This document shows, piece after piece, positions 49,872-64,000 of a DNA stretch of 64,000 nucleotides. Position 1 is the first letter of the stretch. Each line of letters opens with the position of its first letter. Below the pieces are notes generated by a model. That model was not told where the DNA came from and searched no databases. It saw only the letters and a list, made by a program, of their open reading frames with translations. A program made the position numbers and the translations under genes. The DNA lies in NCBI RefSeq assembly GCF_006345805.1, contig NC_043000.1, positions 28,892,001-28,956,000 on the forward strand, written 5' to 3'. Origin of the DNA: Octopus sinensis (taxonomy: Eukaryota).

Positions 49872-49928
49872 TGATGATGATGATGACGACGACGACGACG
49901 ATGATGATGATGACGATGATGATTATGA
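49728..49928. repeat. (GAT/GAC)n microsatellite
   Basis: Direct inspection. Confidence 0.95.
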
Positions 49929-50327
49929 TACCAGAATAAATTATATATTTGCTGCTATTTCGCTTCTTTAAGAATTTAACCAACTTCAACTTCTTCTATA
50001 ACTTCTACTACTACTACTACAACTCCAGGTAGTAGTCCTTTTACAGAGACTACTACTGTCACCTCTACTACTACGCTGCTACTGTACAATACCATGTACA
50101 ATTACCTGGTAATTACCAGATACCTGAATGCGGTTCCGTCGGGGAGATAATGGCTCGCCTGTTTGGAATCAAACTTTTCTATTCCATAATTAGATTCTTT
50201 TCAAATTTATTTCTCGATTGTTCGCATAGCTCTTTGGATTTCCTTTTACAAAATATTCACGAACGGCGGCCAGATATATATTCAATCAGAGCTGTATGTT
50301 GATATACTCATTCATACGTGCATATAA

Positions 50328-50672
<345 letters not shown>

Positions 50673-51124
50673 CTGGTATTTAACACGTTGGGTATATGTT
50701 ACCTTTGATTAAAACATCTGATACAGAACTCAAAATGAAATGTAGTGTCAAATATACATATTTCATGTTATACGGCACCACAAAATTTATCCATAGATTG
50801 TAACCAACATTGCATGTAAGAGACAGATGTTAACGCCGTCTCTTTACAGAAAATATCTTTGTGGAGAGAAAAACAGAAATTAACTGGGCTGGTTTGAATT
50901 CCGAGTTGAAATTTCATCATCAACCGAGTGTATAATCTTTATCTGTATACAGAGACTCTAGTTATAAGCTCATCTTTTCTACGTGTTGAATTACATCGTC
51001 ACCATTTTCAAAAACAAAGAAAATAAATGTTTTCGTTCCAACAGTAAAGATATATAGAGTTTCAGGAGACTTTTAACCAAAGAAGATGCTTTATAAAAAC
51101 CTGCCCTGTAACTAAATAGATAGA

Positions 51125-51430
51125 AGGCAGCGAGCTGGTAGAATCGTTACTGCACCGCTCAAAATGCTTATTGACGAGACCACTTGCCCAAAATTTCAGG
51201 CCTTGTGCCTATAGTAGAAAGGATTATTATTAATAAAGGCGGCGAGCTGGCACAATCGTTAGCAGGCCGCGCGAAATGCTTAGAGGTATTTCGTCCGTCC
51301 TAGGTCGACTTTGCCTTTCATCCTTTCGAGGTCGTTAAAATAAGTACTAGTTAAGTATTTGGGTCGGTGTAACCGACTATCCCCCACCCCTAAAATTTCA
51401 GGCCGTGTGCCGATAGTAGAAAGAATTATT
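51125..51430 (+). mobile_element. Two adjacent internally deleted SINE family A copies
   Basis: Heads ggc(a/g)gcgagctgg at 51126 and 51238, tails aaaatttcaggcc.tgtgcc.atagtagaaag.attatt. Confidence 0.85.
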
Positions 51431-51439
51431 AAATAAATA

Positions 51440-51790
51440 GAAACAATCAGACCAGATTCACAATGTGGATTCCGCACGGACAGAGTTGACATTATTTTCG
51501 TTGCGAGGCAGCTTCAAGATAAATGCAGGGAGCAACATTCTAACTTCATTGTTTTGTGGATCTGTCAAAAACTTCTAATACTTTAAACAAGTGCTTTTGG
51601 TAGAATATTCTTAGAAAGTTTAGTTGCCTGTCCAAATTTTTGCAGCTTACCGACAGCTCCAATTTAGATTACTGATACGATATGTTGTTCATGGCAGAAA
51701 TATGAACTTTCGAACGTAAAAACTGGAGTTAGGCAAGACTGTGGATTGGTTCCTGTACTGTTAAATTTCCTTTTGTCTGTATGAGATCAC
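51440..51790 (+). pseudogene. RTE-clade LINE RT fragment
   Basis: RPDSQCGFRTDRVDIIFVARQLQDKCREQH ... NVKTGVRQDCGLVPVLLNF. Confidence 0.85.
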
Positions 51791-52785
51791 TTTTACGCAG
51801 AAAGATGAGAAAGATGAGAAAAGATACAAAACCCTAATTACAAGTATTCAACCAAATTAAATAACGTTATCTGCCCGTGAGTAAATATACACGCATGCCT
51901 TCTTGATAAGTCTTGCAACGCTGAAGTGATCGTCCATGCTGCAGAGGCCACATCCTCTACACTATATCTCAATAAAACATGACATTAGTATGGCGGAAGA
52001 TAATTCTTCTTCTGGAACGTAGGAAAAAAGGGACGTAAACAAAGCCAGCAAATGTTTAGATATTTCAAAAACATTTTATTCGTCCAGCATAAGCAGTATA
52101 AAACGGAAGACCCTTGAAAAATGTAAGGCATAAATAAAAAGAAAAATCCATTCTCACGAACCACAATAAATAAAATCTAACATCTCCAATAAATACCGTT
52201 ACTTCAAGAAACATGTGCTAAAAAGTGAGACAATTTCACCTAACTGAATGGATTGCAACATTGTTATTCTTCAAAAACACTAGCATACAGAATGTGTGAT
52301 CTTTTCTTAACATATCTGCAATAAAAATCCTCAATCTTAAATTCATTTTCTTCCATGTAAGATGTCCTTCATCACAGGTTTCTGCCATCTTTATTCCAAA
52401 TTTTAAGTCCAATTCACTATATTAGAAATTCAACTGCTCTTCACGACACCTCTTAATAGAGTCCTTATTTTTCGATTACTTAAGGATAGATATTTTAAAA
52501 ATCATCGTTCCATTGCAGATCTTTAGTCATCCCAAGAAAGCAGTGATTAGCTGTGACCATAACCATAAATCTTATCTGAGTAAATGTAACTGCAACTATG
52601 GCAATTCCAAATAATTTTCTTTAACTACTGCGAGATATGCCCAATTTTTACGTATAAATTATAAACATTATACACACTGACATATTAGTGTAATGTTGTT
52701 CCAATTCCGTAGGCTGTATGGTGTCTCAAACGTATTTTATCGTAGTGTTTTATACATGCCAACCACAGTAAAACAATTGAAAGTA

Positions 52786-53328
52786 CAGGATTATTCAAAA
52801 AGGAGCAGATTTTAAATTTATTTTTAAAACAAATGGTAAGAGACACAAACACATTTTACATATTTCTTGATTGGGGAAGGTTTAAAGTTTATTTTAAGGT
52901 AGTATGCATTCAACATGAGCACCGTGAGCGCCATGAGCACCGGTGCTTTTTCCTTTACAAATACAACCCCCTTTTCTGTGAAATTTTTATGCCATTCGTA
53001 TATTTGCTTGTGACGAGGTGGATTTTTATTGAATTGGCAGCGAAATTCAAATTTCTCAAACTGCAGGACACAAAAAGACTTTTCTTGTGGCGTCGCCATT
53101 TTCTAAGGGATTACACAAATGAAAATCATACAACTTTAAATAAAATTAACAATATGAAACATTAAAACAAAATTAAAATACTTCATTTAAGGCATAATTC
53201 AATTGGTCATGTTCAGCTATAAAATTTAAACATTCCCCTATCGAGAAATATATAGAATGTGTTTGTGTCTCTTATCGTTTGTTTTAAAAATAAATTTGAA
53301 ATCTTCTCTTTCTTTTTAAATAACTCTG
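52786..53328 (-). mobile_element. Internally deleted Tc1/mariner derivative with ~70-bp TIRs and TA TSD
   Basis: 52786-52856 is inverted at 53255-53328. ORF start MATPQEKSFCVLQF..QFNKNPPRHKQIYEWHKNFTEKG (DUF4817-like transposase HTH). Confidence 0.85.
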
Positions 53329-53699
53329 TATGTTTTCAGTTTGAGACACACATTCGTAAGATTTATAATGTTATACAATGTTTCAAACAATTTACTTTTG
53401 AGTTTTTTGCCAGATTCTCGCCAGACACTGTATGTTACGGTATGTTACTGAATGCTTAACAGTTATCAATATCTAATCTATAGTGACAGTTTAAGGTTTA
53501 TGTATTTCTCATAATATTTTCATTTCCTTTTTTATTTAGTTCTTCAAATATGTTCCCCAGAGGGACTCATAAAATGTTGTTTTAAGAAATTAGCAGTCAT
53601 TTCGCTCATTCTATCACACTATTTTGATCACTACTCACCCTAGAATTTTACAATTCCAATCCCCCCGCTCTCCCTGTTATCTTTCTGTCTGTCTGTCGG

Positions 53700-53732
<33 letters not shown>

Positions 53733-54090
53733 CTCCCTCTGTTTCTTTATCGCACACTATCACTGAATTTCCCTTTCGCTTCCCGTCTCATTATTCAGGT
53801 TAGTTAGCAATATATAATTTACAGTGACACCTTGATCTTACGTGTATATAATTTTTTTTCACAGGGGAATCGAGGAAGATGTTCAAATATTTTCCCTGGA
53901 GCAGAACCAAAACTCGTTGATCTTATTTTAAAAGTTAAATGAAATATATCTCTCCTTCTGAAATTGATCGTTTTTTTTTTTTTGGTTTTTTTTTGCTATT
54001 TCTGTCTGAAATTCTAACTCGATTGCAGGTTCGGTTCAAACTCAACTTCTCTTACACAACAGTTTTCATTTTTCTTACTCCCCCTCCCCT

Positions 54091-54131
<41 letters not shown>

Positions 54132-54284
54132 CCAGATACACACACATACACACACGCATAAGGTTATCCATTTTTCTTTTTAATTGCTTCTCTCTGTCTT
54201 TCACTGCGATTTCCTTTTCCTGACTTGCTCTTAAATGTATTATGCCTTTCTTCCTGATAGCTTTACAAGTCTGCAACAAACTTT

Positions 54285-54475
54285 TACTCGAATATTAAAA
54301 CACATCAAGAAAGGCCCTGATAGAACCACATCCGTTAACTTCAAGCAATATGCCCCAGATCTAGCCAAGACAAACAAACTCTTCAACATTTCACTCACAA
54401 TCGCAATTGACTCCCAATCTAAGAAAACTCGATATAACGTGTCACATCTTAAGGAAGGTCAGTCTCACTGACCAT
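54285..54475 (+). pseudogene. Short CR1-like LINE fragment
   Basis: KKGPDRTTSVNFKQYAPDLAKTNKLFNISL resembles the K.PGPD....LK.CAPELA..L.KLFN.SL motif upstream of RT. Confidence 0.55.
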
Positions 54476-54644
54476 TTTTAATTGAAAAAATTTTTAGGGG
54501 CCCTATAGCTCATAAGGCCGCTTACCCGGTTTACATGGCGTATAATTGATTGAGAGTCGCTATGCGCGGTACCCAAGTATGGCCACGTGTATAATGACTA
54601 GAACCAATGAAAGGACAAAATAATGATATATTTGGTTCATACTA

Positions 54645-55927
54645 TCAGGCTGAGTAAAATGTAAGCAACGTTTTGAAACATGAAATTCATCACAATATAT
54701 TTCAACAATGCCGAAATTTTATTCTTCAAAGTAAGTACCATTACAATCAACACGTTTTTGCCAACGAGTTACAAGTTTATTTATTCTGGTAACATAAAAA
54801 TCTAAAATTCCGAAGTTGATGATCTCTTTGAACGCACTTTGAGCATCAGTTTGATTTTTGAACTTCTCTCGCAGGAAAGCATCATAGTATATGAAAAAGG
54901 GGTAGTGGGTAAGAGAAAAGTTTGAAGAATAAGCTGGGCGGGGAAGAACTATGTAGCCAAATTCCCTCAACTTCTGGAGCGTCATTAGTGAAACGTGTAC
55001 TTGAGTATCATGATGAATAATAAGTGTCCTTCTGTTGACCAGTCTGGGACGGAAGAGCAGCAGTTTTTCGTTCATTTTTACAATTTCATGGCAATATGTT
55101 TCTGCAGTAATGGTTTTTCCGGGTTTTTAGAAGTTATAGTAGATGAATCCAGCAGTACACCATCAAACACTCACCATAACCTTCTTTTTGAAGAGCTCGG
55201 GTTTAGGGAAGGTTTTCGGTGCTTCATTTTGGCCCAACTACCGAGAAGAATGTTTTTTTTTTATTATTGTACAGAATCCACATTCCTTTGCAAGTTACAA
55301 TACGGTCGGTAAATGGATCGGTCTGGTTACGGAGAATAAACAACGAGCGAATTTAATATCTGCGCATTTTCTAATTTTCATTCAAATCATGTGGTACCTA
55401 TTTGTCGAGCGTTTCTGATTTTCCCATCGTATGTTTATGGTTGCAGACAGTTTTCTGGCTAACCTGAAGTTCTTTTGCCAATTCTCGGGTGGTTTTACGT
55501 GGATCTTTCACAATGATGGTCTTTAATTAACCGCCGTCGTCGATGGCAGATGGGCGTCCATTACGCTCACGATCTTCAAGGCTCAGATCTCCACTGCAAA
55601 ACCGTTTAAATCATTTTCGAGCTGACCACTCACTGGTCATTTCCACACCAAATGTTTCATTGATATCGCGAGCGGTTTCAGCTGCTTTACATCCTTTTTT
55701 GAAGTTAAATAGCAAAATTCCTCGAATATCGCGCCTTCACAGTTCCATTTCAGATTATTGTAACAACGGTGGAAAAGTACCGATGTTAATTTATTGATGC
55801 ATTTGGGCAAGTCTATGTCTGTTTTATCAGACACCTGCAAAAAATGTTTTAAAAATTCATAACCCTGCATAAATCCGGTATAAATTCTTCATGGTTCAAA
55901 TTGTTGCTTACTTTTTATTCAAACTGA
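54645..55927 (-). mobile_element. Full-length mariner (DD34D-type) transposon, 1283 bp, pseudogenised transposase at 55748-54719
   Basis: TA flanks and ~33-bp TIRs (tcaggctgagtaaaatgtaagcaacgttttgaa / ttcaaattgttgcttactttttattcaaactga). Protein reads MEL*RRDIRGILLFNFKKG..FKRFCSGDLSLEDRERNGRPS, LDK*VPHDL (WVPHEL) and PAYSSNFSLTHY (YSPDLSPTDY). Confidence 0.92.
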
Positions 55928-56127
55928 TATTTAAAACATATCACTTGTTAATTTATCCATTCACCTATCTATCTATCAAATATATGTATATGAGTGTGTG
56001 TGTTCATGTATATACATATACATGTATGTGTGTGAGTGTGTGTATATATACATATATATATATACATACATATATACATATACATATATACATGTATATA
56101 TATATATATATGTATATACATATAATC

Positions 56128-56410
56128 TTCAGTCATTTGATTTTGGCCATGCTGGAGCACACCATATAGTCGAGCAAATCGACCCCAGGACTTATATTTG
56201 GGGGAGAAACATAGAGACACAAACATATACACACACATACATATATACATATATACGACGGGCTTCTTTCAGTGTCCGTCCACCAAATCCACTCATAAGG
56301 CTTTGGTCGGCCCGAGGCTATAGTAGAAGACACTTGCCCAAGGTGCCACGCAGTGGGACTGAACCCAGAACCATGTGGTTCGTAAGCAGGCGACTTACCG
56401 CACAGCCACT
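56128..56410 (-). mobile_element. SINE family B copy with internal deletion
   Basis: Family tail and 5' half. Confidence 0.85.
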
Positions 56411-56751
56411 ATACATATATATGCATATATACATGTTTGTATATGTATATGTGTTTTTGCGTGTGCTTATGTGTGTGTACGCGAGTGTGTCGCGTGTATG
56501 CTTCTTCTTAAACAAGAATCGTCGGACGATGGGTTAACTAGCATAAGCTTCGAAGACACTGTCAGCAGCATTCTTCTTAAAGAATAAACTAGTACGCTAC
56601 AAAATTATAGAATAGCCCTCAGATTGATGTAAAATTGTTTTATTATAACTAACACACATACCGACACGCACACGTACACATACACACACATACCGACACG
56701 CACACGTACACATACACACACATACACACACACACGCACACACACACACAC

Positions 56752-56784
<33 letters not shown>

Positions 56785-56790
56785 GTATAC

Positions 56791-56867
<77 letters not shown>

Positions 56868-57060
56868 CATACACACATACATACAGATGCATATATCTAT
56901 GCATGAAGTCCGTATGTATGAATGTGATGGCTATATTTCTATACCGTCAAATATTCAATATTTTCCGAATATGTTGGATTCTGAATCTCTTCAACTCTAT
57001 ATTTATGTATTTATGTACATCTAATTTAATAGGAAAATGTTTCCTAAACAAATTTAATGC

Positions 57061-57160
<100 letters not shown>

Positions 57161-57644
57161 GACACATACATCATACATATATATACGTATTCATTTTTTT
57201 TCTCTTTTATTCAAATTTTTGTTTCATTTTATTTTTGTCATCTATATTTATTCAATATTTTTCTTCTCTTATAATCCTGGAATTTATCAGATTTGCAAAC
57301 AAAAGCGAAAACATGAAGGCAAGAAGAAAACATTCATTTCTACGTTTTTTTTTAATACATACACTAACGCTCAGCGGGAAAGAAACAGCCAAAACAATAT
57401 GGCTGTATCCATTAATAACGCAGCGTGTATGTTTAAAAGCTTCTCTCAATAGCGACATTACTGCAACTCCATTGGTAATTATACATACAAATTTTTGGAG
57501 AAATCTCACTTCTTTTTCTTCATTTTAATAAACAAGTGTTTTTTAAATAGCGTAGTTTCACACACACAGAAACACACACACACACATACACACATATATA
57601 TGTTTGTATATGTGTGTCTCTAAATATGAGTATTTGTGTAAATA

Positions 57645-57680
<36 letters not shown>

Positions 57681-57692
57681 TGCATACAAACA

Positions 57693-57723
<31 letters not shown>

Positions 57724-57849
57724 CTATATACATGCACATATATATGTATGTATATCTTAACAGTCATACATGTATGCATGTATTTATACATATTTATTCA
57801 TACATTGTCTTATACATACACACAAGAAATATTTCATAGCTTTATATAA

Positions 57850-57895
<46 letters not shown>

Positions 57896-58000
57896 CATGT
57901 GTGTGTGTCTGTGTGTCTGTGTGTCTGTGTGTCTGCCTGTGTACATGTATATATGTATATATATATGTAGGTAGATACATACACGTATGTATATATATGT

Positions 58001-58053
<53 letters not shown>

Positions 58054-58259
58054 CATGCAAGTATGTACATTTAATGGGAATGCTGTTTTGTAAAAACAAG
58101 ATGAAATATATTTCACATTGACAAGACAGTGAAGAAGCTGATTATGAAATCTAAAATAAAAAAAACACATTACAACAGCAACAACAATACAATATTAATC
58201 CCGGAGACTAAGCATTGTTGTGTTGTTTATTCTGTTTTGTGAGGCTGCAATATTTTGTC

Positions 58260-58293
58260 TTATTATTATTATTATTATTATTATTAATATTAT

Positions 58294-58337
<44 letters not shown>

Positions 58338-58353
58338 ATGGTGGTGGTGGTAT

Positions 58354-58388
<35 letters not shown>

Positions 58389-58505
58389 ATGGTGGTATTA
58401 GTAGTAGTGGTTGTAGTATAAGTAGTAGTAGTAGTGGTAGTAGTATTAGTAGTAGTAGTTGTAGTAGTAGTAGTTGTAGTAGTAGTAGTTGTAGTAGTAG
58501 TAGTT

Positions 58506-58537
<32 letters not shown>

Positions 58538-58685
58538 GGTGTTGGTGGTGGTGGCGGTGGTGGTGCTAGTGGTTATGATGAGGATGATGATGCTACTCCT
58601 GTTACTGATAATGATAGGGGTGATGCTGATGATGAAACCGACGTTGACGACGACGACGATGACCATGATGATGATGATGATGATG
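58260..58685. repeat. Compound ATT/AGT/GGT/GAT microsatellite
   Basis: Direct inspection. Confidence 0.95.
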
Positions 58686-58699
58686 GGTAAACAGTTTCC

Positions 58700-58890
58700 G
58701 GTTTTGGCACCAGATCAGTAATTTTGTGAAGTCGTAATTAGTGGACACCATTGACTCGAGTACTTCGCTGTCTCCTAATTTTATCGATCTCGAAAGGATG
58801 AACGGCAAAGTTGACCTCAACATCATTTGAACTCAACAAAATGCCGTTAGACACTTCGTCTGCTGCTCGAACGACTCTACCAGTTCAATT
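58700..58890 (-). mobile_element. Old SINE family A fragment
   Basis: tcgatctcgaaaggatgaacggcaaagttgacctc..atttgaactca. Confidence 0.65.
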
Positions 58891-60532
58891 TGAACTCTGT
58901 GTTCACGGGGTATTTAAACATTGAAAATCACTTCACTGGGGTGGAATTTGAGGGGCAACTGGCTGTCATTTCTCGCAAGCCATGTTCCCGCACGGTAGCG
59001 TTTTCATTTGCTTGTAGGATTCAATGTTGTGTGTAGCGGGAACAATGTAAAAATGGCGAGTAAAACATACTTGTGATAAGCCAGTATCTTAACCATAGGA
59101 AGACGCTAAACGTTGCCATGAAAGCTGAAGTTAATCAATAGTCTTTTTTATATTCGGGCGCAAAGAAAGAATATTTCCACATGCAGCGATCTCTACCTCT
59201 TCACACTACTTCTTTATAACTGGAAGGACCATAACATCGAAAGTTAATTACCATTTACTGAGGGACAAGGCAGCGTATGTGATGGAATACATATCGTTGC
59301 TCCATCAGTATTCTCTCATCTTGGATAGAGGTGACGGCTTATATTCGAGTCAATGTAATCGCTCTGCATGCGATATAGAAGCCAAGTAACCTTCAAATCA
59401 CATCTTAACTGTCTTTAAAAATGGAAGACACATTCGATAATGTTCTTCCAAATACACCACGTCTATAAAAGTAGAACGGTGATGAATGGAAATGTTTTGA
59501 TCTTATTTCTAATCAAACGGCAGTGTATAGTTAATGATACTATACAAGCACTTGGTGCTTTTAAATACAAAAGACCCATAATGCTAGCATTCAGAAGACA
59601 GGAGTCTATGTTGCTATGATGCTCTACAGTTGTGGGATTTCTCTATTTGCTACAATATTCTGAGGATGAACGGTTCACTTCTATTTTCGTAAAAAATATA
59701 CAATGCAACTGAGAAGCTTGAACGAAGGGCCTATAGTTGCAGTAAAATGGCTACTGGTTTAGACGCAAGATCGGTACTTTTTAATGGAGGGGATAAGTCA
59801 ATACCATCGGTCCCAGAACTTCACTGTTGCTTTATTCAACCGCTGCAGGAGAAATGACAGTAAAGAACGTGAAGAACCGATTTAATGAGCCTCCCAGTCT
59901 ATTGACAAGAGCTTTGTAAAACGCTTTGAAACAATCATTTTGGCTCTTTAAGTTCTGAGTTCAAACACTGCCATGATCACGTTTGGTTTTTATTATTCCA
60001 GTCATACGGTGAATATGATGTTATCGACTACCCGGCACCTCCTCACAATTGCTGGCTTTGTGCCTAAATCAGAAACCACTTTAGTTGCCTGCTGAATTCA
60101 CACGGTTATGGAAGGAAATTTTTCATATATAAATCACTTTTTCTCTCAGCCTCTCCTTCCCTCTTTCTCTTACTTTCTCCTCTCCTTCGCGCACTCATAC
60201 TTTTGTTCACTGTCTTTCTTCTTTTACCCTAAACATGTGTGTGGAGGGGCGTGTGTGTGTGTGTGTGTGTATGTGTGCTCTGTGGATATCCCGATATCTG
60301 TACACATTCCGATATTCTGTAAATGTTAATTTCTTATATTGACAGAAAGGGCAGATATTTCTACAGTCAAGTACAGGATAAATCTGTTTAGTCAACTCAC
60401 TTATCATGCGTGCCGCAACAGAAGGAAGAAAGAGAAAATTACTATTGATATACACTACAGTACAATATAATGTATGCAATGCAAATGAACGAATAAGCAA
60501 GAAAGGATATTGTGCCCATGTATATGTATATA

Positions 60533-60592
<60 letters not shown>

Positions 60593-60760
60593 TGTATATA
60601 TACAAAAAGAGTAACGATAATAAATAATTGGATTTATGTCTTGCAAATACATAAATACATAGTAAAGTATTGTTTGTAAAACGTGTAGCATCTAAGCCAA
60701 GATAGATGGTAATAATAATGACAACAACAACCAAATGATAATAATAATAATAATAACAGC

Positions 60761-60804
<44 letters not shown>

Positions 60805-61015
60805 GAATGAAGATGATGATAATGATGATGATAATAATTATAACGCAGAAGAGCATATAGTGCATAATTATTAGAGTGATTGATAAAGTGAAGAGATGAT
60901 GGAAACATATGCTTGAAAAGTGCAGAAAAGTACGAATGAACTTCTTTTTGTCGAACTTTGAAAGATATGCATACACACACAGACACACACACACAGACAC
61001 ACACACGCAGACACG

Positions 61016-61083
<68 letters not shown>

Positions 61084-61094
61084 ATATATATATA

Positions 61095-63026
61095 CGAAAG
61101 AAGGTTTGAAAATGCAATTTTAAAAGATGTTTATTTACTTTACCGGTTTCAATTTTTGGAAAGAGATTGTCAAAAGTAACATGTAAAAGTTTGGTTGCGT
61201 TAATTATTGGTTGTTACAAAATGCTACATTACATATATACAGTCTTTGGTAACAAGAACATGTTAAGGACATCAAAACTTTAACAAGTTCATTAAAATAT
61301 TGGGCACAAAAGATTACAACATATATATACATTCTCAAGGCAATGTTAAAGATAATTTCCAGAAGGAATTATTAAAAAGTTCAGTGGAATATTGGTATAC
61401 ACGCACATAATATTATGAGTTCAAAAAGGTTTACATTATAGTAGTAGGCAAGCTCAAACTGACCTGGTCCACCATGTTATCGTAAAAGACTACATACTAT
61501 TTCAAGAGACACTGTAGGTGTGTTTGGGGGGGAAGAGTAATGTGGAGCTGAAAATAATTTCTTCATTTTGCCTCTCCTTCACGCATCAATGATTTGGGGG
61601 ATTGGTCTTTAGAGGTCAGAATGGTGCGAGTGTGTGTGTCTTTGTGTGTGTATATACATATGTGGTATGAATAGATGTGTCTGTGTGTTTGTAACATTTG
61701 GTAGGATGGTGTGTGTGCATGTGTGCCCGTTTGTCAACCGTGTGTGTGATTGTCTTGGTGTTGTGTGTGTGTGTATATATGTGTGTGATTGGCATTTGTC
61801 ATGGTGCTGTGTGTGCATGTGTGTGTATATGTGCGTCTGTTTACAAACACACAGACACATCTATTCACCCCACATATGTATATACACACACACAAAGACA
61901 CACACACTCGCACCATTCTGACCTCTAAAGACCAATCCCCCAAATCATTGATGCATGAAGGAGAGACAAAAAGAAGAAATTATTTTCAGCTCCACATTAC
62001 TCTTCCTCCCAAACATACCTACAGTGTCTCTTGAAATAGTGAATAGTCTTTTACGATAACATGGTGGAATAGGTCAGTTTGAGCTTGCCTACTACTATAA
62101 TGTAAACCTTTTTGAACTCATAATACTATGTGCGTGTATACCAATATTCCACTGAATTTTTTAATAATTCCTTCTGGAAACTATCTTTAACATTGCCTTG
62201 AGAATGTATATATATGTTGTAATCTTTTGTGCCCAATATTTTAATGAACTTGTTAAACTTTTTTATGTTCTTAACATGTTCTTGTAACCAAAGACTGTAT
62301 ATATGTATTATAGTATTTTGTGACAGCCAATATTCTGTACGTGTATGAATATACAGATACAATACAAATATTCCACTGAACTTTTTAATAATTCCTTCTG
62401 GAAACTATTTTTAACATTTTCTTGAGAATGTATGTTTATGTTGTAATCTTTTGTGCCCAATATTTTAATGAACTTCTCGTTTACTTGATTCAGTCATTTG
62501 ACTGCGGCCATGCTGGAGCACCGCCTTTAATCGAGCAACTCGACCCCGGGACTTATTGTTTGTAAGCCCAGTACTTATTCTATCGATCTCTTTTTGCCGA
62601 ACCGCTAAATGACAGGGACATAAACACACCAGCATCGGTTGTCAAGCAATGCTAGGCGGACATAGATATACATACATATATATGACAGGCTTCTTTCAGT
62701 TTCCACTCACAAGGCATTGATCGGCCCGAGGCTATAGCAGAAGACACTTGCCCAAGATGCCACGCAGTGGGACTGAACCCGGAACCATGTGGTTGATAAG
62801 CAAGCTACTTACCACACAGCCACTCCTGCGCCTATTAAAACTTGTTAAACTTTTTTATGTGCTTAACATGTTCTTGTTACCAAAGACTGTATATATGTAT
62901 TATAGTATTTTGTGACAACCAATAATTAACACAACCAAACTTTTACATGTTACATCTTTTTCTAAGAATTGAAACCGGTAAAGTAAATAAACATCTTTTA
63001 AAATTGCATTTTCAAACCTTCTTTCG
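61095..63026. repeat. Long inverted repeat / foldback-like element (600-bp arm, 146-bp spacer)
   Basis: 61095-61694 is the reverse complement of 61841-63026 once the internal duplication and SINE B in the right arm are removed. TA lies on both outer flanks. Confidence 0.92.
62476..62837 (-). mobile_element. SINE family B inserted in the right foldback arm
   Basis: Near-complete copy with aactt on both sides. The uninterrupted paralogues read ttaatgaacttgttaaa. Confidence 0.92.
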
Positions 63027-63068
63027 TATATAATTCCACTCGTGCGGTACCTTACAACTCCACTTTGT

Positions 63069-63155
<87 letters not shown>

Positions 63156-63520
63156 TATGCATATAAATATATATATATATGTACATATATAAATATAGGT
63201 ATATATGTATATATAGAGAGAGAAAAATAAAAAGATATATAAATAGATATAAAGATATATAGATAGATAGATAGCTAGATATATAGATACATACATAAAT
63301 ATATAAATAAAGGTTAGAAACCACATTAAGGGATAGCAAAATCTTATGAAAGTACTGGTTAGTTACCTATACAAAGAATGTTGAACATCACAGTTTATAC
63401 TCAACTGCAAGGTAACTATATAAACCGTAGTTTATATATATTTATTTATTACAATAAGATAAGGAAATAGAGAGATAATTAATATATTATTATTTATTAA
63501 TTTTAAAGAATTGACATGCA

Positions 63521-63610
63521 TCCCTTACAGATGTTTCGATTCAAGACCTTCAGAAAATTAATTAATGAAATTAAAAAATTATTTGAAAGTCGAATCTCAT
63601 CAGAAGTAGT
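63521..63610 (-). ncRNA. PLE-type hammerhead ribozyme motif with long stem II
   Basis: cuu-CUGAUGA-GAUUC-GACUUUCA...UGAAGGUC-uu-GAAUC-GAAA-CAucUG-UA-agg. The core is intact, stem II is extended, the site is GUA and AATAAA lies downstream. Stem I is short. Confidence 0.7.
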
Positions 63611-64000
63611 TTAAGATATACAAAATAGGGTTTCAGTTCCTGCATGTTGAGTAAACGGCTGCAAACCGTTAACTGATAATGTTTTTACATAAAGGACATA
63701 GTATAAAACATAGTATAGACCTTAGAAAGGGTGAGGAAGGTTGTGCATATTGGATTTGTAAAGTAAGAATAGATCATTGTATTCATCTAGAGTGTTTAGT
63801 ATAAGGAAAACTTATTGGTAAACATGTCATATATTATGTCCTTCCGTATTAAATCAATAAAAAATTTGTATGTTGAGTTTAATTCATGTGTGTATAGTTA
63901 TTATTAATATTTAATTAAGGTGGAAGACATTCCAGGCAATCTATTACATATTATAAATATCGAAAGAGTTAAAAGACTTATAAGTTATATTAACTTAATG

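Noticed and set aside
53850-53935. Strong acceptor ttttttttcacag followed by possible exon
   Set aside because: All frames close quickly, and there is no matching donor or homology.
58220-58690. Signal-like start plus Ser/Gly/Asp-rich ORF
   Set aside because: It is entirely a compound trinucleotide microsatellite. The hydrophobic start is an ATT tract.
60207-61058. Longest ORF (283 aa)
   Set aside because: It strings together TG, GTT, ATT and TA repeats and has no recognisable domain.

Overview
This is eukaryotic, AT-rich and very microsatellite-dense DNA. The recurring tRNA-derived SINE families look like those of octopus (coleoid cephalopod) genomes, an inference from recalled repeats rather than a search. 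I can support no intact protein-coding gene, and almost all ORFs in the track are microsatellite or repeat artefacts, so the window is probably intergenic or inside a large intron. It holds at least six SINE-like families and decayed LINEs (CR1/L2, RTE, R4/Dong-like and HERO-like RLE elements). It also holds a Penelope-like (PLE) GIY-YIG relic, several Tc1/mariner derivatives, a MITE with a 9-bp target-site duplication (TSD), a Helitron-like element, a ~1.9-kb foldback, local duplications and a 100-N gap. The most striking observation is a short element with three copies. It joins a tRNA-like Pol III head, a variable trinucleotide linker and a tail carrying a PLE-type minimal hammerhead ribozyme. 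In two copies it is also preceded by an inverted duplicate of that tail, making it a candidate PLE-mobilised, ribozyme-bearing SINE. Repeat boundaries were read by eye and are approximate unless a TSD or terminal inverted repeat (TIR) is cited.
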